Origin: a bacterium
Lineage (GTDB): Bacteria; Patescibacteriota; Minisyncoccia; Phycocordibacterales; UBA2100
Length of the DNA: 64,000 nt
NCBI GenBank assembly: GCA_038128225.1
Contig: JAYPJF010000002.1
Span: forward strand, 39,451 to 103,450
Reading direction: 5' to 3'
Both the position numbers and the translations under genes were made by a program. This document shows, piece after piece, positions 17,962-27,991 of the stretch. Position 1 is the first letter of the stretch. Every line of letters begins with the position of its first letter. The notes under the pieces are model-generated. The model ran no database searches, had not been told where the DNA came from, and saw only the letters and a program-made list of their open reading frames with translations.

Positions 17962-18990
17962 ATGAAGATACTCACAGTAGTTTTGATACTCGGGGCCGTA
18001 CTTTTTGGAGGCTTTTTTCTCCTTAATAATTATATTTACAACGAGAAGCAGGCGGTGACTGCGTCTGACCCTCGCGATGCGCAGTACAGTATCGCGGGAA
18101 AGGAAGTACCGCTTACTAATGGTACGGGCGTACTTCAGGTAGAAGGTGGGTCTCATATAGTGCGTTACTTTGGTAACGAGGCGCGAGGTGACTTAAACGC
18201 GGATGGAATAAGTGACGTCGCGTTTTTGCTTGTACAAGAAATTCCGGAAGGGGAGCGTTTTTTCCTTGCCGCAGCGATTCAAAATACAGAAGCACGATTT
18301 CAAGGGACGCAGGCAATGATGATTGGTGACAATATCGCTCCACAAACCACGGCGTTTAAAGACGGGAAAGTAGTTGTGTACTATGCAGAGCGCAGAGCAG
18401 ATGGCGTGAGTGTTGGGAAAAATCTTTATGCGCTGTACGATCCTGTTGCGATGGAATTTGGAGAGGCAGTGCAAGATTTTGAAGGAGAGACCGGTGTTGT
18501 GGATGGGGAAATGAAGACGTATACCCTAGATCCGGGACTTAGCTTTTCATACCGCAATGAACCCGAAGGGTATCGCATAAGCGCATATCCGGAAAATAAC
18601 GACGCAGCTTTTGTAGACGGCGCAATACTTATGCTCAAAAGCGACGCGGCAGCGCTCGGCGAACGACAAAACGCAGAAGGTCCGCCGACAATTACCATCG
18701 CAGCGTATACAAATACCCAGAATTTGAGCGCAGACCTGTGGGCAGACCAGTACAGTATGCTCTCTCATAAAAATCTTCTGCGCGGCAATAGTATGAAAAC
18801 AAAACTCGCGGGGGTTGACGCGCTTCGCTATGGTGCCGACGGACTCTATCAAATGGATGTGGCAGTGATTGTGTATGACGGGTTTGCGTATGTGCTTTCA
18901 GGTTCGTACATGGAGTCACAGGCGCTCATTCGGCGCGATTTCGAAGCATTGCTCGAATCACTCACGTTTGCCCACGAAAAGAAACCATAA
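17962..18990 (+). CDS. Exported hypothetical protein
   Basis: N-terminal TM, GDLNADGISD motif. Confidence 0.75.
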   Translation: MKILTVVLILGAVLFGGFFLLNNYIYNEKQAVTASDPRDAQYSIAGKEVPLTNGTGVLQVEGGSHIVRYFGNEARGDLNADGISDVAFLLVQEIPEGERFFLAAAIQNTEARFQGTQAMMIGDNIAPQTTAFKDGKVVVYYAERRADGVSVGKNLYALYDPVAMEFGEAVQDFEGETGVVDGEMKTYTLDPGLSFSYRNEPEGYRISAYPENNDAAFVDGAILMLKSDAAALGERQNAEGPPTITIAAYTNTQNLSADLWADQYSMLSHKNLLRGNSMKTKLAGVDALRYGADGLYQMDVAVIVYDGFAYVLSGSYMESQALIRRDFEALLESLTFAHEKKP

Positions 18991-19054
18991 CCGCGATTCG
19001 TTGGTATAAGAAGTCTTTGCTATACTTGGAGTTCTAGTAGTTAGCAAGCCACGT

Positions 19055-19558
19055 ATGCACACAATCTATACATTTACACTGCCGGTGTTTGCAAAAATGT
19101 TGGGAGGTCTAAAAAATGTACTCCAAAAAGCAAAAGAACACGGGCTCGACGAGAAAAAGCTTCTCGAAGACAGTTTAGCAGCTGACATGTTCCCGTTTGT
19201 GCGCCAAGTGCAGATTGCCTGTGATAACGCAAAAGGTGCAGCGGCTCGGCTTTCGGGCACCGAAGCGCCAAAATACGAAGATGCCGAAGCGAGCATTGAT
19301 GAACTTCTCGCGAGAATTGATAAAACTATCGGCTATATTCAAGGTTTTTCAGAGAGTGATTTTGAAGGAGCGGAAACACGACAGGTTACTTTGCCGTATT
19401 TTCCAGGCAAGTTCATGAGTGGATTTGATTACGCACGCGAGTATGCGATTCCCAACTTCTTCTTTCACACGGCAGTTGCGTACGCGATTGTTCGCAAGAA
19501 CGGAGTCTCAATAGGGAAAGCAGATTACATCAACGGGCTCCCGCTCCAAGACATGTAG
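19055..19558 (+). CDS. DUF1993 family protein
   Basis: LAADMFPFVRQVQIACD, PNFFFH..AYAI.R..GV.IGKADY. Confidence 0.92.
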   Translation: MHTIYTFTLPVFAKMLGGLKNVLQKAKEHGLDEKKLLEDSLAADMFPFVRQVQIACDNAKGAAARLSGTEAPKYEDAEASIDELLARIDKTIGYIQGFSESDFEGAETRQVTLPYFPGKFMSGFDYAREYAIPNFFFHTAVAYAIVRKNGVSIGKADYINGLPLQDM

Positions 19559-19612
19559 GATTTCTCCACACGTCTGTCGTGCGGTTGCTTCGCAGCCGAT
19601 TATTATGAGGAC

Positions 19613-20668
19613 ATGGATTTTCTTCGTACAATTCAGTGGACGCCCATTAAAGTATTAAAAGCGCTTGGTGCAGTGTTTGCGGTGCTCATCATCCTTTCGG
19701 TTGCAACATACACATTGAAGCCAGTGGCTTCGATGATGGAGTATGGATCGTACTCGTATGATTCGTATCGATCAGGAATGGGAGGCGGCATGATGGCAAT
19801 TGAGCCGGGGTATGCATTTGATGAGGCGCAAGGATATGGAGGTAAAGACATGAGCCTGTCAGTGCGAAACGTTGCGGGTACGATCGCACCGGCCCCTTCG
19901 TATCCATCGAGCGTGGGTGGGGATGCAGAAGAATACGAAACAATGCAGTACAGCGTGAGTATTGAGGCGCGCACTGATGAAACATGTACTCAGATCGCAA
20001 AACTCAAAGAACACGCGTATGTGGTGTTCGAAAACGCCAATACGTACGATGCGGGTTGCTCATTCTCATTTAAAGTCGAACTTGCACATGTTGATGAAGT
20101 ACTCAGTATTCTTAGAAAATACGGGCCGAAGGAGTTGATTGAAAACACGCAAACTATCAAGCAGCAGATTGATGACTTTACTTCCGAAACTGAAATCCTT
20201 GAAAAGAAACTCGAATCAATTGACGAAACGCTACAGAGTGCACTCACTGCCTATAGTGAGATTACGGGAATCGCGACACGAACAGGAAATGCCGAGGCGC
20301 TCGCCAAGATTATTGAAAGTCGCCTCGCAATCATTGAACGTCTTACACAAGAGCGTATTACGGTGGCAGCCCAACTTGAACGGCTTGCCCGTAGCAAAGA
20401 GCAGCAACTCGATCGCCTCGTATACACATACTTCAGCGTTTCAGTGTACGAGCATCGGTATATTGACCCAGAGCAGATCAGTGATTCATGGAAGCAGGCG
20501 CTGCAAGAATTCGTCTATAGAGTAAATCGTGCCGTGCAAGACATCACTATTAATCTTGTGGTGTTTGTGCTTGCGGTAATCAAATACGGTCTCTACATAT
20601 TTGTGGTGCTCATCGCTTTGCTTGCCGCGTGGCGCGTGGTGAAGCGGGTGTGGCAGCGAATACTCTAG
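19613..20668 (+). CDS. DUF4349-like membrane protein
   Basis: N-terminal TM, coiled coil, C-terminal TM. Confidence 0.55.
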   Translation: MDFLRTIQWTPIKVLKALGAVFAVLIILSVATYTLKPVASMMEYGSYSYDSYRSGMGGGMMAIEPGYAFDEAQGYGGKDMSLSVRNVAGTIAPAPSYPSSVGGDAEEYETMQYSVSIEARTDETCTQIAKLKEHAYVVFENANTYDAGCSFSFKVELAHVDEVLSILRKYGPKELIENTQTIKQQIDDFTSETEILEKKLESIDETLQSALTAYSEITGIATRTGNAEALAKIIESRLAIIERLTQERITVAAQLERLARSKEQQLDRLVYTYFSVSVYEHRYIDPEQISDSWKQALQEFVYRVNRAVQDITINLVVFVLAVIKYGLYIFVVLIALLAAWRVVKRVWQRIL

Positions 20669-20727
20669 TATTTGACGTAGCTTTTCTCAAGTGGCATGCT
20701 CCTGTCGGGTAATAACAGGAGGTACGT

Positions 20728-21138
20728 ATGCCTGTACGAAGCGCGGGTTCATGGACAGTCATTATGGTTCGAAAAGGACCGGGAATGGTTAGTGATGACG
20801 TGCGGCATACTCTTGAAACTGCCGCGTACAAACTTACTCTTGACCGGCAAGATAAAAACCATTTTAAAAGCCGCACGTGTGAAGGGTATCTCGAAACTGG
20901 GTGGAGATCCGTGACCGTCGGGACTCGTACAGGGATACTTTTCAAAAGTGTTGTTGATAGTGGCGATGGGCCGTTCTCGGTCAACTTTCTTGTCAACAGT
21001 AAAGATCTTGATCGTGGCGCTGAGGTGCTCCGCGAAATCGAAAACGGGCGGAATGAATCAGTGAGGGTTTCGGAAGACGCGAAGCTTCCCGATGAGATGT
21101 ATGACTTCATAACGTTCTCCTCGGTACGCTCGAATTGA
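20728..21138 (+). CDS. Hypothetical protein (orphan)
   Basis: AGGAGGT SD; TTGACG-17-CATGCT promoter; terminator downstream. Confidence 0.7.
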   Translation: MPVRSAGSWTVIMVRKGPGMVSDDVRHTLETAAYKLTLDRQDKNHFKSRTCEGYLETGWRSVTVGTRTGILFKSVVDSGDGPFSVNFLVNSKDLDRGAEVLREIENGRNESVRVSEDAKLPDEMYDFITFSSVRSN

Positions 21139-21149
21139 AGATATGTACA

Positions 21150-21178
21150 AGGCCGGCTTTTGCCGGCCTCAGTTTTTT
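21150..21178 (+). terminator. Intrinsic terminator
   Basis: AGGCCGGC-tttt-GCCGGCCT followed by a T run. Confidence 0.7.
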
Positions 21179-21213
21179 ACACAGCGGTAGTTGTAATGCG
21201 GTACAATAAATAC

Positions 21214-23568
21214 ATGGACAGATCACGGATCGAAGCAATCCAATCATACATTCGTGCCGCCGACTACATTTCCGCAGCGCAGATTTTTCTCAAAAAGAAC
21301 GCGCTGCTTACCGAACCGCTCAAGCGGGATGATTTGAAACCGCGACTGCTTGGTCATTGGGGTACGTGCCCGGGCATTAACTTCACGTATGCACATCTTA
21401 ATGAATATATTCGAACTCACGACGATGCAGATCTTTTATTTGTGCTCGGACCAGGGCATGGGTTTGCGGCACTGCAGGCGAATTTATATATTGAAGGAAC
21501 ACTTGCCCGATACTACCCTGAAGCAGCGCTCAACGCCCAGGGATTACAGTATGTTGTCCACGGTTTTAGTTGGCCGTATGAGTTTCCAAGCCATTCGAGC
21601 CCAGCCACTCCAGGGGTGATTCTCGAGGGCGGAGAACTCGGGTATGCGCTCGCAACTGCCTATGGAGCAGCGCTCGACAATCCGCACATGACCATCGTGT
21701 GCATGATTGGTGATGGAGAAGCGGAAACAGGACCCACCGCAACAGCGTGGCACTTGAATAAAATCGTCAACCCCGCCGACAACGGTCACGTACTCCCCAT
21801 CCTTCATCTCAATGAGTACAAGATCTCCGGCCCAACACTTTACGGGCGCATGAGCGATAGAGATCTCAAGGCTCTTTTTAAAGGGTACGGATACGAACCT
21901 ATTTTCGTCGAAGGCGTACGCATTCATCAGAAAATGGCGGCAGCGCTTGCGGTAAGCCGCACCCTTTTTGAGGCACGGCGCAAAGAAGCAGCACAGATTT
22001 CATCTGCAGGAATTTCGTCACGTCCCCCAATAATTATTCTTCGTACTCCAAAGGGGTGGGGTGGGATCAAGCGTCTCCACGGAGAAAAGATCGAAGGAAA
22101 CGCGCTCGCGCATCAAGTGGTCGCAACTGAGGCGCACACTGACGAGTTGCAGTTTAAGGCAGTAGCACAATGGCTTGCGTCGTATAAATTTCATGAGTTG
22201 TTTGACCCCGAACATGGGTTTGCCCGTGCGGTCTTGAGCGTTCTTCCGGAACCGAATCGACGCATGGGTTCTAACCGCCAGTGCTTTGGCGGGAAAAGTG
22301 TTTGTGTTGATTTGCTTGTTCCTCCAACGGTGCGGTATGTAAACAAGCAAATAACACGGGGTGTCTCGAAGGCGAGCTCGATGCTCGCCGCAGGAGAGTA
22401 CTTGCGCGACACGAGCGCACTGAATGCGCAAAATAAGAATTTTAGGTTTTTCTCACCTGACGAAACGTACTCAAATAAACTTCAGGCGATCTTCGAGCAC
22501 ACGCCGCGTGCATGGATGCAAAAAATCGAACCGTGGGATAAAGATCTTTCTCCGAGCGGGCGCGTGATTGAAATGTTGAGTGAGCATACCCTGCAAGGTC
22601 TTTTGCAGGGCTATGTACTTACGGGGCGGCACGGCGTTTTTGCTTCATACGAAGCGTTTTTACAGATTATCGCCAGCATGGCGGATCAGTACACGAAGTT
22701 CATACGAGTCGCAACCGAGATTCCGTGGCGAGGAAGCGTTTCGTCACTAAATTACATTTTGACCTCCCCAGGCTGGCGACAGGAGCATAATGGGTTCTCG
22801 CATCAGAATCCCGGGTTCATTGACGCAATGCTTCAGAAACATGGATGTTTTGTTCACGTTTATTTTCCTGCGGATCGGAACAGCACTATTCTTACACTTG
22901 AGCGCTGTTTGTCTTCAAAAAACCAAGTGAACCTTATTGTGGCAGGGAAGAGTATGGAGCCTGAGTGGCTTACACCCAAAGAAGCGGAAGAAGCCATGAA
23001 GCGAGGTGTGCTGGTATGGCATTTCGCAAGCGACGAAGACCCGCACGTGGTTCTTGCTGCTGCGGGCGACTATCTTACCGCTGAGACGCTTGCGGCACTT
23101 GAGCTTATTAAGCGTGACGCACCAGAAATCCGCGTACGTTTTGTAAATATTCTTGAGCTTTCGGCGCTTGGTATAGGGAATGAAGAATGCCGTGCCGAAT
23201 TTACGGAGTTTTCTGACTACTTCACTCCTGACAAGCCGGTAATTTTTAATTTTCATGGATACCCAGAAACGCTCAAACAAGCGTTGTTTGACCATCAGGA
23301 CGGGCAGCGCCGATTTCGTGTGCACGGATACCGAGAAGTGGGGAGTACCACGACGCCGTTTGACATGCATGTTCGAAATGGCACAAGCAGGTATCAGATC
23401 GCTAAAGAAGCGTTTGAGCTTATGAGTGAGCGCGGTGTTATTACGAAAGAAAAAGCGACACACAATATTGAACAAATCGAGACGTTACTCACTCGGCACC
23501 GTGCCTACATTAAAGAGTATGGTGTCGATATGGAGGATGTACAAACATGGCAATGGAAACAATCATAG
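21214..23568 (+). CDS. xfp: Phosphoketolase
   Basis: GHWGTCPG, GPGHG, EGGELGY, GDGEAETGP, LSEH, SYEAF, HNGFSHQNPG. Confidence 0.97.
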   Translation: MDRSRIEAIQSYIRAADYISAAQIFLKKNALLTEPLKRDDLKPRLLGHWGTCPGINFTYAHLNEYIRTHDDADLLFVLGPGHGFAALQANLYIEGTLARYYPEAALNAQGLQYVVHGFSWPYEFPSHSSPATPGVILEGGELGYALATAYGAALDNPHMTIVCMIGDGEAETGPTATAWHLNKIVNPADNGHVLPILHLNEYKISGPTLYGRMSDRDLKALFKGYGYEPIFVEGVRIHQKMAAALAVSRTLFEARRKEAAQISSAGISSRPPIIILRTPKGWGGIKRLHGEKIEGNALAHQVVATEAHTDELQFKAVAQWLASYKFHELFDPEHGFARAVLSVLPEPNRRMGSNRQCFGGKSVCVDLLVPPTVRYVNKQITRGVSKASSMLAAGEYLRDTSALNAQNKNFRFFSPDETYSNKLQAIFEHTPRAWMQKIEPWDKDLSPSGRVIEMLSEHTLQGLLQGYVLTGRHGVFASYEAFLQIIASMADQYTKFIRVATEIPWRGSVSSLNYILTSPGWRQEHNGFSHQNPGFIDAMLQKHGCFVHVYFPADRNSTILTLERCLSSKNQVNLIVAGKSMEPEWLTPKEAEEAMKRGVLVWHFASDEDPHVVLAAAGDYLTAETLAALELIKRDAPEIRVRFVNILELSALGIGNEECRAEFTEFSDYFTPDKPVIFNFHGYPETLKQALFDHQDGQRRFRVHGYREVGSTTTPFDMHVRNGTSRYQIAKEAFELMSERGVITKEKATHNIEQIETLLTRHRAYIKEYGVDMEDVQTWQWKQS

Positions 23569-24683
23569 TACTTAATCCAGGGAGCGCCTCACATAAATTT
23601 GCGCTCTATCGAGGCTCCAGCTGCTTGTTGTCTGTGCATTACGAACGTACGGAACATGGATTTGCGCGCACGATACACGGTGCGCTGCCTGAGGCAATCA
23701 CCGAGGATGTTTTTTTGCACGCGCGGCAGGACATGATGAATTATCTCGAAGAGAGAGGTTTTTCGTGTGACATATATGTAGTGCGCGTTGTGGCGCCGGG
23801 CACGTACTTTACCGAACACCACCTTGTCGACGATTATTTTATCGAAAAACTCTCACAGGTTGCGCAGTATGACCCTGCACACACAGAGCCTACTCTGGCA
23901 CTTGTGCGCACGTTGCAGACCGAGTCTCCGCAGATTCCCATAGTTGCGGTTTCTGATAGCGCATTTCACACGTCGTTGCCAGAGTACGCACGGCGGATTC
24001 CGCTGCCGGAGTCACTCGTGGCAGAGTATGACATGGCACGATTTGGATATCATGGCATTGCGCTTTCGGCGCTTGCGGAAGATCCGGAACTTCCTTCGCG
24101 TGCAGTGGTGTGCCATTTAGGAAGCGGCTCAAGTGTCACAGGACTCAAGGATGGAAAAAGTATTGAAACTTCGATGGGGTACTCTCCTCTTGAAGGAGTT
24201 CCGATGAGCTCGCGCAGTGGCTCGGTGGACCCCGCGGTTATAGCCCGCCTGTCTCACCACATGACGCCAGAGGAGTTGATCGCACTCATGTATCAGAAAA
24301 GTGGTTTTCAAGCGTTGTGCGGTACTGATGATATGAGAGTAATGCTTCAGGCAGAAGCGACTAATTCGAGCGCGGCGCTTGCGATCGACATGTTCGTACG
24401 TCGTGTCGCGCAGTATGTTGGGGCGTACGCGATGATGCTCGGGGGGATCGATGCGATAGTATTTTCAGGGACGATTGGCGAACGCTCAGCGCCTATTCGC
24501 AGCAAAGTGTGTGCGTTACTTGCGCCATTAGGGGTTGTGCTTGACGCGACTAAAAATGAAAAAGCACAACCGCCTACGGAGGTCGCACATACAGATTCGC
24601 GTGTGCGCATACTAGTTCGTCACGCTGACGAAACAAGGGCAGCGGCACGCATTGCAGCACATACGGCACAACGTCTGGACTAG
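23553..24683 (+). CDS. ackA: Acetate kinase
   Basis: LNPGSASHK, DSAFH, GYHG, HLGSGSS, TSMGYSPLEG, IGE; overlaps xfp. Confidence 0.93.
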   Translation: METIIVLNPGSASHKFALYRGSSCLLSVHYERTEHGFARTIHGALPEAITEDVFLHARQDMMNYLEERGFSCDIYVVRVVAPGTYFTEHHLVDDYFIEKLSQVAQYDPAHTEPTLALVRTLQTESPQIPIVAVSDSAFHTSLPEYARRIPLPESLVAEYDMARFGYHGIALSALAEDPELPSRAVVCHLGSGSSVTGLKDGKSIETSMGYSPLEGVPMSSRSGSVDPAVIARLSHHMTPEELIALMYQKSGFQALCGTDDMRVMLQAEATNSSAALAIDMFVRRVAQYVGAYAMMLGGIDAIVFSGTIGERSAPIRSKVCALLAPLGVVLDATKNEKAQPPTEVAHTDSRVRILVRHADETRAAARIAAHTAQRLD

Positions 24684-24723
24684 TAAAGTTGCCCCACTTC
24701 TGTGCGCGTGTGATACTTGCGCT

Positions 24724-25716
24724 ATGCGCGTACTCGTAACTGGCGGAGCGGGATTTATTGGACACCACGTTGTTTCGTACATTCTTGAAACCACTGATTG
24801 GGATGTGGTCGTTCTTGATCGCCTTGATACTTCAGGGAATCTCAACAGGCTTGTCGATATACCGCAGTGGGAAACGCATAAAAAGCGGGTCTCGTTTGTT
24901 TTTCACGACCTCAAAGCGCCGCTTAATGAAGGTGTTGTCAATCGGATTGGTGCTGTTGAATATATTTTACATCTCGCAGCTTCAACACATGTTGATCGTT
25001 CTATTACAGATCCGATGCTCTTTGCGATGGACAATGTTATAGGAACGGTCACCATACTGGATTTTGCGCGATCACATGCACCTCTGAAGCGCTTCATTAA
25101 TTTCTCCACTGACGAAGTGTTTGGTCCGGCGTCAGTAGGATATGCGCACACGGAAGACGACCCGTACAAGCCATCGAATCCGTATTCGGCGGGGAAAGCC
25201 GGGGCTGCCTCGTTCGGGCATTCATATTTTGTGACGTACGGTACGCCAATAGTAACTGCGTATACGATGAACAATTTTGGTGAACGACAACATCCTGAAA
25301 AACTTGTGCCGAAGACCATTCGCTCGGTCGTGCGAGGCGAGCGGGTGCCCATTTTTGCGAGTCTCGATGCCTCCGGAAAACTCATGGCGGTGGGGAGTAG
25401 ATACTGGTTGCATGCGCGCAACACCGCTTCAGCAATCATGTTTATGCTCAATCATGGCGTTGTTGGCGAAGGCTACAATGTCGTGGGATTTGATGAATTG
25501 ACCAATCTTGAAATGGCGGAAAGAATCGCGGCGGTTCTTGGAAAGCCGCTTTTGTATGATCTGGTAGATTTTCACGCGATGCGTCCAGGGCACGATATGC
25601 GCTATGCACTTGACGGAGCGAAGCTCAGGGCGCTTGGTTGGAAACCTGAAGTTGATTTTGATGAATCTTTGAAGCGCACGGTGAAATTTTGTGTAGACCA
25701 TCCTGAATGGGTGTAA
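24724..25716 (+). CDS. NAD-dependent sugar dehydratase (dTDP-glucose 4,6-dehydratase-like)
   Basis: TGGAGFIG, HLAASTHVDRSI, STDEVFG, PYSAGK, RPGHDMRYALD. Confidence 0.92.
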   Translation: MRVLVTGGAGFIGHHVVSYILETTDWDVVVLDRLDTSGNLNRLVDIPQWETHKKRVSFVFHDLKAPLNEGVVNRIGAVEYILHLAASTHVDRSITDPMLFAMDNVIGTVTILDFARSHAPLKRFINFSTDEVFGPASVGYAHTEDDPYKPSNPYSAGKAGAASFGHSYFVTYGTPIVTAYTMNNFGERQHPEKLVPKTIRSVVRGERVPIFASLDASGKLMAVGSRYWLHARNTASAIMFMLNHGVVGEGYNVVGFDELTNLEMAERIAAVLGKPLLYDLVDFHAMRPGHDMRYALDGAKLRALGWKPEVDFDESLKRTVKFCVDHPEWV

Positions 25717-25768
25717 GTTATACCCACGGTAAGCGCCTGCCGGAATTCTCTGCACGGTATACTGAAAG

Positions 25769-27343
25769 ATGATGCGTGTTTTCCATCTTGTACTCAAAGG
25801 AGGTGCTTTTTTGCTCGTATTTTTTGTTGTCGCGGTTTTTGTTCGATTAGCAACGCGCGGTGATATTGCGCAAGCCGACTCGGCTCTGTATAACCCTTCG
25901 TATTGTCTCGGAGCGTGGGGAAATCCAACGGGAGCAAGCGGGGCGCCACAGGCAAAAACAGGGGACCCCCTTCACCAATTTCCTCCTGAACAGGCCGCCT
26001 ATCTCGCGCCGGACTCTGTGTCACTTATTTTCTGCGGGTATTTCAATGTGGAAGCGAAGGATAATGCACCAAAAAGTGCGCGAGTTTCTTTTGTGTGGGC
26101 GCACGATGGGTCCTCGGCAAGCGCTCCGGTTTCCGAACATGAAGACCCGATCATAAACACAGAAGAGACCATAGAGATACAAAGCGAGACCCACACTGTC
26201 TCTGATCCTGCGACGGAACCATCTCAAGCGGATAGCGCAGATGCACAATCGTCAGAAACAGTAACAGTCGATGAAACTACAATTCAGCCGCCCGAAGAAA
26301 GTGACACTGAAAAGGGCGGTGTCGAGGAATCAGTGTCATCGCCGGAGATGCAATCAGAAACACATGAGCCTGGGCCAGCACCACAACCTTCCTCGCCAAC
26401 CGGAGAGAGTCCTTCTCAGACGGATACGCCCGCGCCTGTAGTTGAGTCCGCACCAGCCGCGTGGCTCACGATAATCGGGAACATACTCAGCCTGACTGCG
26501 ACAGAAGCGTACGCGACCGAAGAGGCGGAGCACGCATTTCTTAAAGTGAGTTACAGCTTTGATGGAGTGCGTTGGTTTACTGCGGGACAAGCACATACGG
26601 GTAATTGGGACACGTTTTCTGTCGATATTCCTGCGACGTCGTGGGAGGATTTGCATAATCTTCAAATAATGATCCTACCTTTGCCGGGCGAGCGACCATC
26701 GATTTATCTTGATGCGATTGAGCTTTCGGTGGAGAATGACCTTACACTCATAGAAACTGCCCTTGAGGGTGCAGAGGCAACGCTTGCTGTTGTTGATGCT
26801 GTGGCAGACTCGCTCATCGCAGTCACTGAAGACTTAACACACGTCTTCGTAACGGAAGAAACGAATCAACTAGCGGCGGTAGATGTCTCACAAACTCAGG
26901 AGAGTATAGAAGAGCCGCCTGTACCCGCACACAAGGAAACGCGGCTCGCGTTTTCGCTGGCGGGGCCATCAATAAAAGCCACACGAAATCTGGCATGGTA
27001 CGATCCTGAGTTTGCGGCGACACTTACTGACGAGCCGGAGTTGGTTGATCCAAAAGTTTCTATCACCGACGGTGTGATGACGGTCTCGGGTCAGTGCACG
27101 CGTGAATTTTTTGTAGTGCTTTTCACTAAGAACGTGGATGATTATACGGCACTTCCTCCTCGGCTTGCGTCGAATTACGCTGCTTCCTGCGTGAACAACT
27201 CGTTTTCATACACGGTTACACACCTACCGGCGAATACGCACGAAGGGCCGTATTACCTTTTGCTCGCCGAACAGGACGCAACGACTCCGTGGGTACCATT
27301 ATCGAACTTGCAGCCAGTCACCTTATCGCGGGTTGATTTGTAG
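25769..27343 (+). CDS. Exported protein with acidic/Pro-rich linker
   Basis: Signal/TM, low-complexity middle, C-terminal domain similar to 31773. Confidence 0.75.
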   Translation: MMRVFHLVLKGGAFLLVFFVVAVFVRLATRGDIAQADSALYNPSYCLGAWGNPTGASGAPQAKTGDPLHQFPPEQAAYLAPDSVSLIFCGYFNVEAKDNAPKSARVSFVWAHDGSSASAPVSEHEDPIINTEETIEIQSETHTVSDPATEPSQADSADAQSSETVTVDETTIQPPEESDTEKGGVEESVSSPEMQSETHEPGPAPQPSSPTGESPSQTDTPAPVVESAPAAWLTIIGNILSLTATEAYATEEAEHAFLKVSYSFDGVRWFTAGQAHTGNWDTFSVDIPATSWEDLHNLQIMILPLPGERPSIYLDAIELSVENDLTLIETALEGAEATLAVVDAVADSLIAVTEDLTHVFVTEETNQLAAVDVSQTQESIEEPPVPAHKETRLAFSLAGPSIKATRNLAWYDPEFAATLTDEPELVDPKVSITDGVMTVSGQCTREFFVVLFTKNVDDYTALPPRLASNYAASCVNNSFSYTVTHLPANTHEGPYYLLLAEQDATTPWVPLSNLQPVTLSRVDL

Positions 27344-27367
27344 TCGGTGACCCGGTAGGCTTTCACA

Positions 27368-27988
27368 ATGGCGATCGTTGCACGGAATCTTGAGGGGATT
27401 AATGCGGTGGCGGTATCTCCGGCACAGAGGCTTGCACTCCCGGAGCCGCAGCATGTTTTCGCGCTTTTTCCAGGCGCGGCATCGAAAGGCTCTCGGCTTC
27501 TTGATGATGCGGCACTTCATATGCGTGCATTTACATTTCCCGAACTATCGCTGCAGCTCATTTTTGAACCCACGCGTATTCGTCTTGAAGCTACGACCGC
27601 ACATAAGCCTGCGGAATTGCGTCTTGGCGAAATTTTACACACTGTCGAAAAAACGATATTTCCAAAAAACACGTTCGAACGACACGGGTTTAATTACGAC
27701 ATTGCGTATCAGTACGACGCTATCATCCCGCAAAGAGCGTTGTGGGAGCGTTTTGTTTCTAAGGATGTGCTGGAGAACATGACCCATTTCGGTTGGCAAA
27801 TGACTCTCCAAAAAGGGAAAGGGGAACAGAAAGAAACGTACTTCTTTAAGGTGGTCTCACCACTCGAGCTCCGGGTACTTGCTAACATCGAAATTGACCA
27901 CAAACACGGGGATTTTGATGCACAGCGGAAGTTTGAAGAGTGTTATACTTCATCTCAAGAGATCGTGAATCACCTCACGTTCTCTTAG
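27368..27988 (+). CDS. Hypothetical protein
   Basis: 206-aa ORF in the operon; TAGGCT-N6-ATG. Confidence 0.7.
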   Translation: MAIVARNLEGINAVAVSPAQRLALPEPQHVFALFPGAASKGSRLLDDAALHMRAFTFPELSLQLIFEPTRIRLEATTAHKPAELRLGEILHTVEKTIFPKNTFERHGFNYDIAYQYDAIIPQRALWERFVSKDVLENMTHFGWQMTLQKGKGEQKETYFFKVVSPLELRVLANIEIDHKHGDFDAQRKFEECYTSSQEIVNHLTFS

Positions 27989-27991
27989 TCG

